Shown here: positions 1 to 12,076 of the stretch, in pieces | Layout of the letters: each line of letters starts with the position of its first letter | Numbering within the stretch: the stretch's first letter is position 1 | Assembly (NCBI RefSeq): GCF_006345805.1 | Contig: NC_043006.1 | Location: 33,480,001 to 33,544,000, forward strand | Source of the DNA: Octopus sinensis | Lineage: Eukaryota | Reading direction: 5' to 3' | Length of the DNA stretch: 64,000 bases | Notes under the pieces: model-generated | The model's input: only the letters and a program-made list of their open reading frames with translations | Told to the model about the DNA's origin: nothing | Database searches by the model: none | Translations under genes and position numbers: made by a program

Positions 1-880
1 CAGCTGTTCCATAACGGAATATCATTAACAATGTTTTAGAGTTAACAAGACTAAATATATGGAAGATAAATGAATTTATAAAATGGAAAAAAAAAAGAAG
101 CAAAAACAAAAAAATGAAAGCTTGCTAAATCATGAAACAAGACCAAAAGAGTTAAAATTTTTGTAAGTGGCTAATTAACTGACTGACTGAATAGCTACAT
201 TTGATGTTTAATAGAATGTGTGATGTGTACGCAATTTACTACTAGTCTGTCCCTGGTGAGTCTAACATTATTGGTAAATAGTAATAACATATTCAAGCCA
301 ACTAAACAGGTAGTCAAAATTAAATGCAAATAATAATTGTGATGAAAATATTTGAAAATGTATATTATGCTAATAATGTTAATCTTTATCTACTCAATAT
401 AGACACATAAGCTACTCAAAATATTGGAAAAAATACCATGCTTAAATGGACCGTTTGCATCTAAGTGACAATTCCGCTTATAAAGCAATGCATAAATTAT
501 GCAATTTCTCACACTGTCCTAATACTCCAAGTAATTCAAGAAAAAGAAAAAAGAAAACAAACATTAAAAACATAATAGTGTCATTAATTAACTTCCTGGG
601 AACCCTTTGAAAATGAATTGTTTGTAAAATTAGTATTCTGTTTTGACTATAGAGTAAGAAAAATTAAAACCCATCTTTTGACTGATGTTACTGTATTGTA
701 GAAACATAAAAGCACTCTCCCCGCCTGCTTGCATCTGTTAGATTTGAAAAATGCAACATGAATTCCACCTTATAGTGTTTTTACTACAGAGACAGCTACA
801 ATTAAAATCAAAACTTAAACTGCAAAAGTACTTGTAGAATAAAATATTGCTTCCATAATTTCTGAGCTTGTCTACAGTAG

Positions 881-915
<35 letters not shown>

Positions 916-1844
916 ACAGTGATATATTGAACTATATCTGAATTAATATAAAGAAAATAACATACTTATTTTAAAAATAATTTTAAACTGAAGTGAAAGT
1001 ATCAATATATTTATACTTTTTACATTTGTGAAGTAACTGTAATACAGCTAATCAATGAAAAGAATTTTAATAAAATATAAAAAAAGAAAATATGGAACTC
1101 TTAAGAAAATAACAATTAAAAGCATGAAATCAAAAACATCTGATGAGAATTTTGTAAACACTCATACACATATGCAACAGTAACATTAACAAATATAAAA
1201 AGGCTATCATCAGAAAATAATATTTACATGTTCTGTTGCAGCAAGATGGAAAATTGACGACAGCAGTCAATATTGAAGCTTCTCTGGAAACTGTAGTATT
1301 CTTTCAAGCAGAATAGGATAACCGCAAACTACTATCAGATATATATGTATACGCACACGCACACACACCTTTAAGGAGACGAGTTGTAAGTCAATCAATC
1401 AGCTCTTGAAATTAGAATCAAGCAGCAACAGACAGACAATCAGACTACTGAGAGCAATGAATTAAATTTTAGATGGAAGCCATCACAGGTGTCGAAATTG
1501 TCTGAAAAGATTTAATAACTTCCCATAAAAAGAGAGAGAGAGAAGAAGGGAAAGGGAAAAGAAAGAAGAAAAACCGTAAATTGATCCAGGAGGCAAAGTT
1601 AAAGTTAGATATAAAGTGGAATAAATGACTCAAAGTTTTCAGAAAAATCAGCATTTCATTATCATTTAATGTTTAACCCTAAAATAAGGGAGCTTAGGAA
1701 CTGCTGCCATTCAAACTTTTGTATAACTGTAATCTGTTTAAAACTACACGCACATACAGACACAAATATGAAACGGGGGAATGTAATGAGATGATCGTCA
1801 TGATATTGCACCAGTAGGCGAGCAGCATGACAGTCATGATAATA

Positions 1845-3925
1845 CACTAAGTTAGCTGCAGGCTTGCTGTGATGTTACATTACTCGGTTAGCAGCAAGAT
1901 TTTGCAATGTTGCATTACTCAGTTAGCATCAAAGATGTCATGATGCTGCATTTACTCAGCTAACAGCAGGCTTGCTGTGATGTTGCATTACTAAGTTAGC
2001 AGCAGGCTTATTGAGATGTTGCATTACTAAGTTAGCAGCAGGCTTGCTGTGATGTTGCATTACTAAGTTAGCAGCAGGCTTGTTGAGATGTTGCATTACT
2101 AAGTTAGCAGCAGGCTTCTTGTGATGTTGCATTACTAAATTAACAGCAGGCTTTCTGTGATGTTGCATTACTAAGTTAGCAGCAGGCTTGCTGTGATGTT
2201 GCATTACTAAATTAATAGCATGCTTGATGAGATGTTGCATTACTAAGTTAGCAGCAGGATTTCTGTGATGTTGCATTACTAAGTTAGCAGCAGGCTTGTT
2301 GAGATGTTGCATTACTAAGTTAGCAGCAGGCTTGCTGTGATGTTGCATTACTAAGTTAGCAGCAGGCTTATTGAGATGTTGCATTACCAAATTAACAGCA
2401 GGCTTGATGAGATGTTGCATTACTAAGTTAGCAGCAAGCTTGTTCAGATGTTGCATTACTAAGTTAGCAGCAGGCTTGATGAGATGTTGCATTACTAAGT
2501 TAGCAGCAGGTTTGTTGTGATGTTACATTACTAAGTTAGCAGCAGGCTTCTTGTGATGTTGCATTACTAAATTAACAGCAGGCTTTCTGTGATGTTGCAT
2601 TACTAAGTTAGCAGCAGGCTTGCTGTGATGTTGCATTACTAAGTTAGCAGCAGGCTTGTTAAGACGTTGCATTACTAAGTTAGCAGCAGGCTTGCTGTGA
2701 TATTGCATTACTAAGTTAGCAGCAGGCTTTCTGTGATGTTGCATTACTAATTTAGCAGCAGGCTTATTGAGATGTTGCATTACTAAATTAACAGCAGGCT
2801 TGATGAGATGTTGCATTACTAAGTTAGCAGCAGAATTTCTGTGATGTTGCATTACTAAGTTAGCAGCAGGCTTGTTGAGACGTTGCATTACTAAGTTAGC
2901 AGCAGGCTTGCTGTGATATTGCATTACTAAGTTAGCAGCAGGCTTATTGAGATGTTGCATTACCAAATTAACAGCAGGCTTGCTGTGATGTTGCATTACT
3001 AAGTTATCAGCAGGCTTGATGAGATGTTACATTACTAAGTTAGCAGCAAGCTTGTTCAGATGTTGCATTACTAAGTTAGCAGCAAGCTTGTTCAGATGTT
3101 GCATTACTAAGTTAGCAGCAGGCTTGATTAGATGTTGCATTACTAAGTTAGCAGCAGGCTTGTTGTGATGTTGCATTACTAAGTTAGCAGTAGGCTTATT
3201 GAGATGTTGCATTACTAAGTTAGCAGCAGGCTTGTTGAGATGTTGCATTACTAAATTAGCAGCAGGCTTGCTTGCTGTGATGCTGTATTTACTAAGTTAG
3301 CAGCAAAATCATTGCAATGTTGCATTACTAAATTAGCATAAAAGATGTGATATTACAAGATTGTTGCAATGTTGCATTTACTAGATCAGCATCAAAAATG
3401 TTCTAATGTCACATTACTAGGTTAGCATTAAAGATGTCATGATGTTGCATTTACCAAGCAACAGGCTTGTTGAGACATTGCATTACTAAGTTAGCAGCAA
3501 TATTGATGCAACATTGCATTACTAAGATAGCAGCAAGATTGTTGCAACATTGCATTACTAAGATAGCAGCAAGATTGTTGCAACATTGCATTACTAAGAT
3601 AGCAGCAAGATTGTTGCAACATTGCATTACTAAGATAGCAGCAAGATTGTTGCAACATTGCATTACTAAGATAGCAGCAAGATTGTTGCAACATTGCATT
3701 ACTAAGATAGCAGCAAGATTGTTGCAACATTGCATTACTAAGATAGCAGCAAGATTGTTGCAACATTGCATTACTAAGATAGCGGCAAGATTGTTGCAAC
3801 ATTGCATTACTAAGATAGCTGCCAAATTGTTGCAACATTGCATTACTAAGATAGCAGCAAGATTGTTGCAACATTGCATTACTAAGATCGCATCAAAGAT
3901 GTCATGACGTTACATTACTAAGTGA
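1845..3925. repeat. 36-bp minisatellite array, about 58 units, with three unit variants
   Basis: Unit GATGTTGCATTACTAAGTTAGCAGCAGGCTTGCTGT recurs with period 36 (e.g. 2051, 2087). Variant ACATTGCATTACTAAGATAGCAGCAAGATTGTTGCA occurs x10 at 3511-3870. The 12-aa periodic ORFs in the track reflect the unit length. Confidence 0.97.
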
Positions 3926-4300
3926 GCAAGTACCTCATACTTGTCTGAGCTGGTTGGTTTTATATCACCACTAATCACACAGCTCTAACTTATTTCTCTC
4001 ACCTTCTCTCATCAATCATAACATATTCACTCATCCATGCATTAACTATTATGCTTGGTCTTTCCTTTCAGAATATAGATGTTGCCCATGATTTTCCAGC
4101 AGCTGACAACTTGCAACTATTTAAGGGAAAACTTCACTTCATTATTTGCTTTGGCCCCAACAGGTCCACATATGCCATTGATACAGGCTCTGTTCAAATC
4201 ATAAAAGCAATGGTTTTTATGGCTAGGGTGGAACCTCTTCTGAATACTGTTAGGAATGCCCGATTTCCTAAATGTAGTGTTTTCACTGCAACTGAGAAAC

Positions 4301-4750
4301 CTCATGCTGTGCATGAGAAGACCTGTCAAGCCAAGTGAAATTGTAGGCATGGCTGATGCTGGTGTCATGAAACTGGCACCCGTGTCAGTGGCATGTAAAA
4401 AGTACCTTTTGAGCATTGGGCCCCATGGAGGCAGTGGCATGCTAAAAGCTCCTTTTGAGTATTTCACCTCACAGAAGCAATGACAAATGACAGACCTTTG
4501 GCATTACATTGTGTTTGAGAAGAAGACCCATCAAGCCAAGTAAAATCAGTCATGGCAGATACTGGTGATGTACAAGTGGCATGTAAAAGCACCCATTACA
4601 CTCTTGGAGTGGTTGGCGTTAGGAAGAGCATCCAGCCATAGAAACCATGTCAAATCAGATGGGAGTCTTGTGCAGTCTTCCAGCTTACCAGCCCTGGTCA
4701 AACTGTTCAACTCATGCCAGCTGGACAATGGACATTAAATGATGATGATG
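4301..4750 (+). mobile_element. RTE-type LINE 3' end / RTE-tail short element, partly duplicated
   Basis: Coding end HAVHEKTCQAK* is followed by the window-wide tail GGCATGTAAAAGCACCC...GCATCCAGCCATAGAAACCATG...GCCAGC...TTAAATGATGATGATG. Confidence 0.75.
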
Positions 4751-5283
4751 CTTGTTTTAACTCTTTAAACTCTCCAAGTCTAAGCTGATGAAATAAACAA
4801 AATATTGCACTAATATTATGCTGGTTTCAATGGACCATTGTAACCTTGTGAGTGAAATGGTTTCAATGGACCATTTTACATGTATCTGATTTAGTACTGA
4901 ATTAATCAAACCTTTATTTGCAGCACTGGATAGCAATAGTACCACATTTCTATATGACTTGTTAATTCAATCCGCATAAATGCAAAAAGATGATTTTATT
5001 TTCAAATTTCTTTCATTATATTCAGTCAAAACTAAGTTCATATTAAAACAATTCTACACACACCATCATTTAAGGTTTGTTTTCCATGCTGTCATGGATT
5101 GGATGGTTTGACAGGAGTGGCAAACCAGAGAACTGCACGAGGCTCTGTTGTCTGCCTCGGCATAGTTTCTACACCAGAATACCCTTATATATATACACAT
5201 CTAATATAGGATAAAACTTTCAAAAAAATTTATCAGTGGCCAGCATATTAAAAAGTACCTTTTAAGGTGAAAATTATAAACAG

Positions 5284-5604
5284 CTTATAAATAAGGGCAA
5301 AAGAAAAAAATTCCTATGCCAAATATACCGAGAAAGACTTTAAATCGTTAATAACCACATATAATTCATCACTAAAAGCGCACGTCTCGAAGTAAGCTGA
5401 CAGAAATTTCTAAAAAAATTCTGTTATCACCGGATCGGCCCGATTTCTGAGTTAATTCATAAAGAATTCTCTCATCATCAGCAGTAAATACGTTAAGAAA
5501 TAAATGAAATACTTACTTGCACATATGGAACAAGCATACACAAAGCTGTGAGTACACATAAGTACTTGGCATAGGAATTTTTTTCTTTTGCCCTTATTTA
5601 TAAG
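5284..5604 (-). mobile_element. 321-bp hammerhead-containing element with perfect 39-bp inverted ends (Penelope-like/retrozyme-type, inferred)
   Basis: 5284-5322 is the exact reverse complement of 5566-5604. It has an internal hammerhead fold, (TA)n on its right side and 9 CpGs in an otherwise CpG-poor region. Confidence 0.65.
5427..5487 (-). ncRNA. Type I hammerhead ribozyme (predicted)
   Basis: Minus strand reads TTACTG | CTGATGA | TGAG-AG-AATTC-TTTAT-GAATT-AA-CTCA | GAAA | TCGG-G-CCGA | TC | CGGTGA. Stem I is 6 bp (2 GU), stem II is extended, stem III is palindromic, and the AUC cleavage site lies between 5433 and 5432. Confidence 0.7.
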
Positions 5605-5617
5605 ATATATATATATA

Positions 5618-6858
5618 TAGGGTTGGCAAGTAAGTAATTTCAGCTTTTTAGCATGAAATAAAAGTAATTTTTTTTCATACAAAGAATGAACTTTAATCAA
5701 TCATATATTTTCCATTTTGTTTGATGACCTTTTGCCATCTTTCTGGCAACTTCATGATTCCATGCTCATAGAACTTCTGGTCCTTATCAGCCAAAAACAC
5801 AAAGCAAGTGTTATTTCAGGCCATCATCATTATCGAAAGTTTCACCATTTTGCAAACTTCAAAATAAATGGTAATCCGGTGGTGCAAGGTGAAGGCTATA
5901 TGGTGGAAACGACACCACTTCCCAACCAAGCACCAATAATTTTTCCTGAGTTATCAAAGTCATATGTGGTCTAGCGTTGCCACGGTGGAACATGATTCCT
6001 TTTCTAATTTGCCAATTCTGGCTGTTTTTCTTTGATTGCTTCCTCCAGTTTCATTAGTTGTTGACATTAAACAACTGAATTGATCATTTGGCTCCTTGGA
6101 AGCAGTTCAAACTACACAACACTTTTGCAATCCCACCAAATTGACAGCATGACCTACCTTTTTTCATGCAATTCAACTTTCAATGTGGTTTGTGTTGGTT
6201 CATTATGCTTGGACTATGATTGCTTACTGTAGACAATCCATTTTTCATTATCAATTACGATTCGTTTAAAAAAAAGGTTGATTTCATTGCATTTGAAATG
6301 CATATTGCAAATATTGATTCATTGTATTAAGTGAATCCCTTTCAATTTATATAGAACCCAAATATCAAGCTTCTTAACGAGTCTAAGATATTTTAAGTGA
6401 CTTCCAATTGTCATGTGTGATACATTTAATCTCTCTGCAGTAGCTTGCACAGTTATATGACAATCAGATTCAATTATGGCTTTAATTCAGTCATCATCAA
6501 CGTCAGTAGGACAACCAGAATGTTGGTCATGTTTGAGTGAAAAATCTCCAGAACGGAAAGTTTTGCACTCTGTTAACACCATAAACTTCACATATTTCTT
6601 TGTGAGGCTCAGCAGCTTTCTTGCTTTTATGGAAATAAAAAAGCAAAATATGGCAAAAATGTTCGTTTTTGCACTCCATGTTAAAACCAACACTGAACAG
6701 TTGTAAACAAAATTACACGCAATTTGCTTCTAATGTAAGTTAAAAGTAACAGCTATCAAATGTCAAAAAGAAAAAAAAATCATAATATTGACAAACTCAT
6801 TAAAAAAATTCTTTACTATCTACTTGTGAAAAACGAAATTACTTTCTTGCCAACCTAA
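5618..6858 (-). mobile_element. Decayed near full-length mariner transposon (mellifera-like)
   Basis: TIRs GGTTGGCAAG(T/A)AAGTAATTTC at both ends, about 1.24 kb. Broken transposase starts at ATG 6679: MECKNEHFCHILLFYFHK, then KTFRSGDFSLKHDQHSGCPTDVDDD, FHRGNARPH and PPYSLHLAPPDYHLF (YSPDLAP-D-like). Confidence 0.9.
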
Positions 6859-7210
6859 AAAATACACACACACACACACACACACCTTAAAATTCAATGC
6901 TGTAGTTTGAAATTTTTGCATAAAATATATACATAGTCAGACCACTAAGATAATCTATTTATCCAATCATTTAGTATTTCATTTGTTTATTTTGCAGATA
7001 GCAAACAATAGTGTTATCAGTCACAGATTCCCAAAACCCATCTACTGGTTCACTGCATTTCTGACAATAAGACTGATAAGAGATTGTCTAAACTAACATA
7101 GAATAAATGTCCCAAGAGGCTTCATTTGTGAAATATTATTTTTTGTTTTTCTCACTAATGTATGACCAGTAAAGTATAGTTTTCTTTTGAGCTCTAGGAC
7201 TACAAATATA

Positions 7211-7415
7211 GAGGGCTGTGTGGTTGAGAATTTTGCTTCCCGACTACAAGATTCCAGGTTCAGTCCCACAATGTGATACCTTGGGCAAGCGTATTCTCCG
7301 ATAGTCTTGCCTTTTGTCCTTTCAGGATTGATGAATTAAGTACCAGTGGAGTACTGGGGTCGATGTAATCGACTAGTTCCCTCCCGGTAAATTTCAGGCC
7401 TTGTGCCTTTAGTAC
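7211..7415 (+). mobile_element. tRNA-headed SINE (family A head with family B-type 3' part)
   Basis: GGCTGTGTGGTT..CAGGTTCAGTCCCAC head, then AAGTACCAGT..ACTGGGGTCGATGTAATCGACT core shared with other copies. Confidence 0.7.
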
Positions 7416-7926
7416 AGGAGTGGGGAAACCTCCACACATGGGTGCAATTGCACCTGCGAGCACATTTTATTGCACCCACAGGCCAATATATTCATATGTG
7501 CAAAATATAAATTTTTCAATTATAAAATTTAAACAATATTCATATGCCTATTTGCAACATAGGTCATGTTTCCACTACGGCTTAAAATGGTTAGACTCAA
7601 ACAGAAATCATCAAGTAATTGCCATTTGATTGGAAATTTTGTTTTCACTATAAAACATATATTGCTAGGTTTGTACCACCCCCTTGAGACCCAACTACAC
7701 TCTAGCTGAAAAATATAAAATACTGCATAAGTAATATAAATGTCCTAAATCCAGTGGTGGTGTTAATGAAGATGTGTAATTTAATGTATATTGAATTATA
7801 CATAGATATATACAAGATTTATACAGATATAAGAATTAGAACTTATGGTCTGCCCGCGGACCTTTTTCACTGGAAATTTTTGCCCACTGCACTAAAAAGT
7901 TTCCCACCTATGCTTTAGTAGAAAGG

Positions 7927-7959
<33 letters not shown>

Positions 7960-8329
7960 GTGGTGGATTGGTACAATTGTTAGCACAAATGATGAAATTC
8001 CATGCAGTATTTGTTAAAGCTCTTTAATATCTATGTTCAAATCCTACCACAGTCAGCTATAAATTTCATCCTATCAGGTGGGGTCAATAAAAAAGTGCCA
8101 GTCAAGTACTGGATTAATGCAATTGACTGTTCTCCTCCCCACAAGATTTCTGGTCTTGTTCCTATGTCATAAATAATTATTATTGTTTCATTGCAATTTT
8201 ATGTTCTTTAACCGATGCTGCAGAAGTATGCATTTCATTGCAGCAACAGACAATAGATTATGAAGTAGCATAATAATGTATCTTAACTCTGTTGCTGCAG
8301 GAATATTTTAGAATCTACTAAAGAAATAT

Positions 8330-8660
8330 TCTTTCACTTATTCCAGTCATTTGACTGTGGCCATGCTGGAGCAACTTCTTTAGTCGAGCAAATCAACTCC
8401 AGGACTTATTCTTTGTAAGCCTGGTACTTATTCTATTGGTCTCTTTTGCCAAACCGCTAAGTTACAGGGACGTAAACACACCAACATTGGCTGTCAAGCA
8501 ATGGTGGGGGGACAACTCAAACATATATATACATATATACGATGGGCTTCTTTCAGTTTCCATCTACCAAATCCACTTGTCCAAGGAGCCACGCAGTGGA
8601 ACTGAACCCAGAACCATATGGTTGGGATGCAAACTTCTTACCACACAGCCATGCCTGCAT
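8330..8660 (-). mobile_element. tRNA-headed SINE, family A
   Basis: Shares GGATTTGGTAGATGGAAACTGAAAGAAGCCC, GATAGAATAAGTACC and CAGCATGGCCACAGTCAAATGACTG blocks with many other copies in the window. Confidence 0.85.
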
Positions 8661-9304
8661 CTGTAAACTGATATTAAGTATTATAAGCACCACTGAGATA
8701 GGAAAATACAAGGCAGTTCCTTCTGGTCTTTATAATGTCTAATATTTTATACTGAAAATCTTAACAGTTTATTCATGAAATTAGTTTGTGAAGAAATCTA
8801 GAATTTGTTGCATTCATTTGATCTAATTTTCCATTTGAGTTCAATGAGTTGATAATAAATACACTGAAATCATTTAGGTTGGCTATAACCTGTCCGCTAA
8901 CATAAAAAAAAAAAAAGAATTGAAGAAAGAAGTAATTTTAAAACCAAAATTGTTAGGTTCATAAAGTCACACTAACTTTGATGCTTTTATGAGAACAACC
9001 ATTGTTCTGTAGTCAAAAAGTTTGCTTTGCAACTGCATAGCTCCAGGTTTCATCCTAGTTCATGGTACCTTGGTTAAGTACATTGGATCATAGCTAAGAG
9101 TTAACTAATGCCTTGTGAGTGAAATGTGAAATTTGGTGGGCAAATTCTGTGTGTGTGAGCATAAGATACAAATTGGTGAGAAAACTTATAAACATTTAAG
9201 CACCTTGCGATGTGTATTTTGCTTCAGTTGCATAGATGCTCTCATTTTCTTTTGCTACTGGAAAGCTGTGAATCAGTGACTGGCCCAATGGATACCTTTA
9301 TCAT

Positions 9305-9593
9305 TATGACGGTACTGACCAGACTTTTAGATGTTGTTATACATTGCTGGTCACAATGTACTTTGCAATGTTTTAGTTTTTGAATGACACCACCCCACTG
9401 GCCAGGCGAGCAGGCCAACATTACACTTGATCAGAAGAATATTCCATCACAGAGTTACCTATTTATGGCCAAGTGGATTGGAAGAACATGAGATAAAGTG
9501 TTTTGCTCAAGAAAAATGCACAGCCTGGCCTGGGAATTGAACTCATGATCTAGCAATCATGAGTGCAATACCCTAACCATTAGGCCACGCACC
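9305..9593 (-). mobile_element. tRNA-headed SINE, family D
   Basis: A/B-box-like head at the right end. Its 3' part GCTGGTCACAATG..GACACCACCCCACTGG is shared with 42632-42917. Confidence 0.7.
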
Positions 9594-9649
9594 CATAGCA
9601 TTATATTGTCCACAAAATGCACAATATAAAAAATAATATCTCAATTCAA

Positions 9650-9965
9650 CATCATAATTGTTTAACATCAGTCTGCCATGCATGCATGGGTAAGACTGCT
9701 GGCAGGAGCCAGCCAGGTAGAAAACTACCCTAGGCTACTATTTCTGCTTTGGTAGGGTTTTTTCGACTGGATGCTCTTCCTAACACCAACCAATCTGCAG
9801 AGTGGACTCAATGCCTTTTACGTGGCACCAGCACAGCTGAGGTTAGTTTTGGCATGATTTTTACAGCTGGATGCCCTTCCAGATGCCAACCACTTTACAG
9901 TGTGGACTGGATACTTTTTACATGGCACCAACACTGGCAGAGTCATCAAGTAACTTGCATGACAA
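9650..9965 (-). mobile_element. RTE-tail short element
   Basis: Reverse complement of the GCATCCAG...CATGC..GGCAGACTGATGTTAAA tail family. Confidence 0.7.
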
Positions 9966-12076
9966 GGAATTATGAGGGGCAGGGGCATTTGAGGAGAGAA
10001 ACTCGAGAGGATGAAAGTTTAGTGTGACAAAGACAGAGAGGCAAAAACAGGGGTCTTGCCATAATGGAGGGGGCATCGATTTTGTAAACATTTGATTCAG
10101 CTTATTGAGATTATTGTTGTGCATGGGATGAGCTAAGTTAAAGATTATAGTTTACTAGGCTTCCTATAATTACATCTTAAATAGCAAGCTGTTGTTTTAT
10201 TGGTTGGGTCATTGCATGGAAGAGAACTGTCTTGTGAAAAGTCAATATTATTTAGTTTTTTTCCCCATAATTGAAGCAAATTTGAGTTTGATAAGATCAA
10301 GTATACCATATAAATGGAATATTCATTTTCCTATTCCAAGTATAGTCTTCAATATTCAAATTTAACAACTGATATATAGCTATTTCAAATTTACTTGAAT
10401 CTCATTAGAATAAGGTAATTGAGCATTTCTTATTACTGCATTCAATGGCATACAAGATGGCACTTTTCAAGAAAAAAAAAGAAAAGAAAAGAACCAGCCT
10501 GGAGTCTATATGCAAAGTTAAGCCTTTTATAAGCTCTAATGCACTTAAATTGGGGTGCCCATCTAACTTTTATGCTATCAAATATGGTATACTATATTTT
10601 GCTACATAGAGAGAGAAAGAAAATTTTAGCAAAGAGAGAAGATATATGAAGGCTTTTCACCAGTTATTGCTTTTTTGGTCATAGTTCATTAGTTGTGTGT
10701 GTGTGTGTGTGTGGAGAAAGAGAGAGAGAGAAGTGGAAATAATTTAAATTTACATACAGTCTAAGAAGAACAGTCTCATTTAAGTAGAAATGTGCATAAA
10801 AATATAGAAATGAAAAATGTTATAGCTTCTATTTTTATCTCCAATACAAACATTAATCTATAATATCAATAGTGTCCAGCTGTCGACTGGCATTACAGCC
10901 ACAACCATTTCATCATCTTTCCTGGCATATTGTATCAAGGATAAATTTATCCTGAATATTTTAACCATTCTGAAGACAGAACAATCGCAAAACACTGACT
11001 AGCAAACAACTTGTCAGGCCAGCATAACAATATAGTTAGTATACAAGAAAAACACTTCCAGAAGCTACAGTCCCAAACGGAGAACCAGAGATCTGTCCTT
11101 TCACTCTTTTCAGCCTTTATTTACACCACCTGCTCACACCTCCATATAACATACAGGACAGCCTCATATGCAAATGACCCCACCCCCTCAAGGCACCACT
11201 TTGCCAAATCCCTATTTGAATCACTCAGCAGCAAATTTAGCTCCACAACAACAAATTTGAAGTAGCACTGGGCAAATTCACAGTCTTGCTTCTCACCAAC
11301 AATACCTGAAGAGAGCAAATAAAACCAACCATCATACTCAGCAATATAAACATACCGCACAGACTCATCATCATTTAATATCTGTTGTCCATGCTGACAT
11401 GGGTTGGATGTACAAGATAAAAAAAAAAATGTAAGGAGTTACAGAAAACTCTTCCACAAAATTAACAACACACCCAAATGACATAGCAAAGAAAACAAAA
11501 CAATACACATACATTCCTTGAGCAATTGCAGGTAATGCTTTTGGCCAACAAAAATATAACAATGCTGTGTAAACATTACATTAGATTCACCATTATGCTA
11601 GTCCTGTGCGGGTTTCCAATCTCTATATAACAAACCACAATAGACTTCTAGAAATAGCAGACTACACATCTTAACAGGTGGTACAAAGAGCACACAGAGA
11701 ATACATCATCATCATTTTAACATTCACTTTTGCATGCTTGCATGGGTCAGAGGCTTACTGAGGCAGATTTTCTACAACTGGATGCCCTTTCTGTCACCAA
11801 CTCACACCTGTTTCCAGGCAAGGTAACATTTCCCCATGGTCAAATGTTTTTGTAGAGTATTGGAAATGAATGGTATTCATTTACAACAATCATGTGATGG
11901 CAAGACAAGGAAACACAAATACACACACAGGGGCTTCTTTCAGTTTCTACCAACCAAATCCAGTCACAAGGCTTTGGTCAGCTTGGGGTTATACAAAAGA
12001 CACTTGCCCAAGGTGCCATGCGGTAGAACTGAACCAAGCAAACTTCTTAATCACATAGCTACAATTGTGACTTTAA

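Noticed and set aside
1956-3248. Long minus-strand repeat ORFs (MQHHSKPAANLV)n as a protein gene
   Set aside because: The open frame follows from a stop-free 36-bp unit. It is broken by the same ATG-TAA variant at 2523 and 3027, and no splice or start context is evident.
1845-3925. CRISPR-like look (constant core plus variable segment)
   Set aside because: The variable part is only about 9 nt and its variants recur. There are no unique spacers or cas genes, and the context is eukaryotic.
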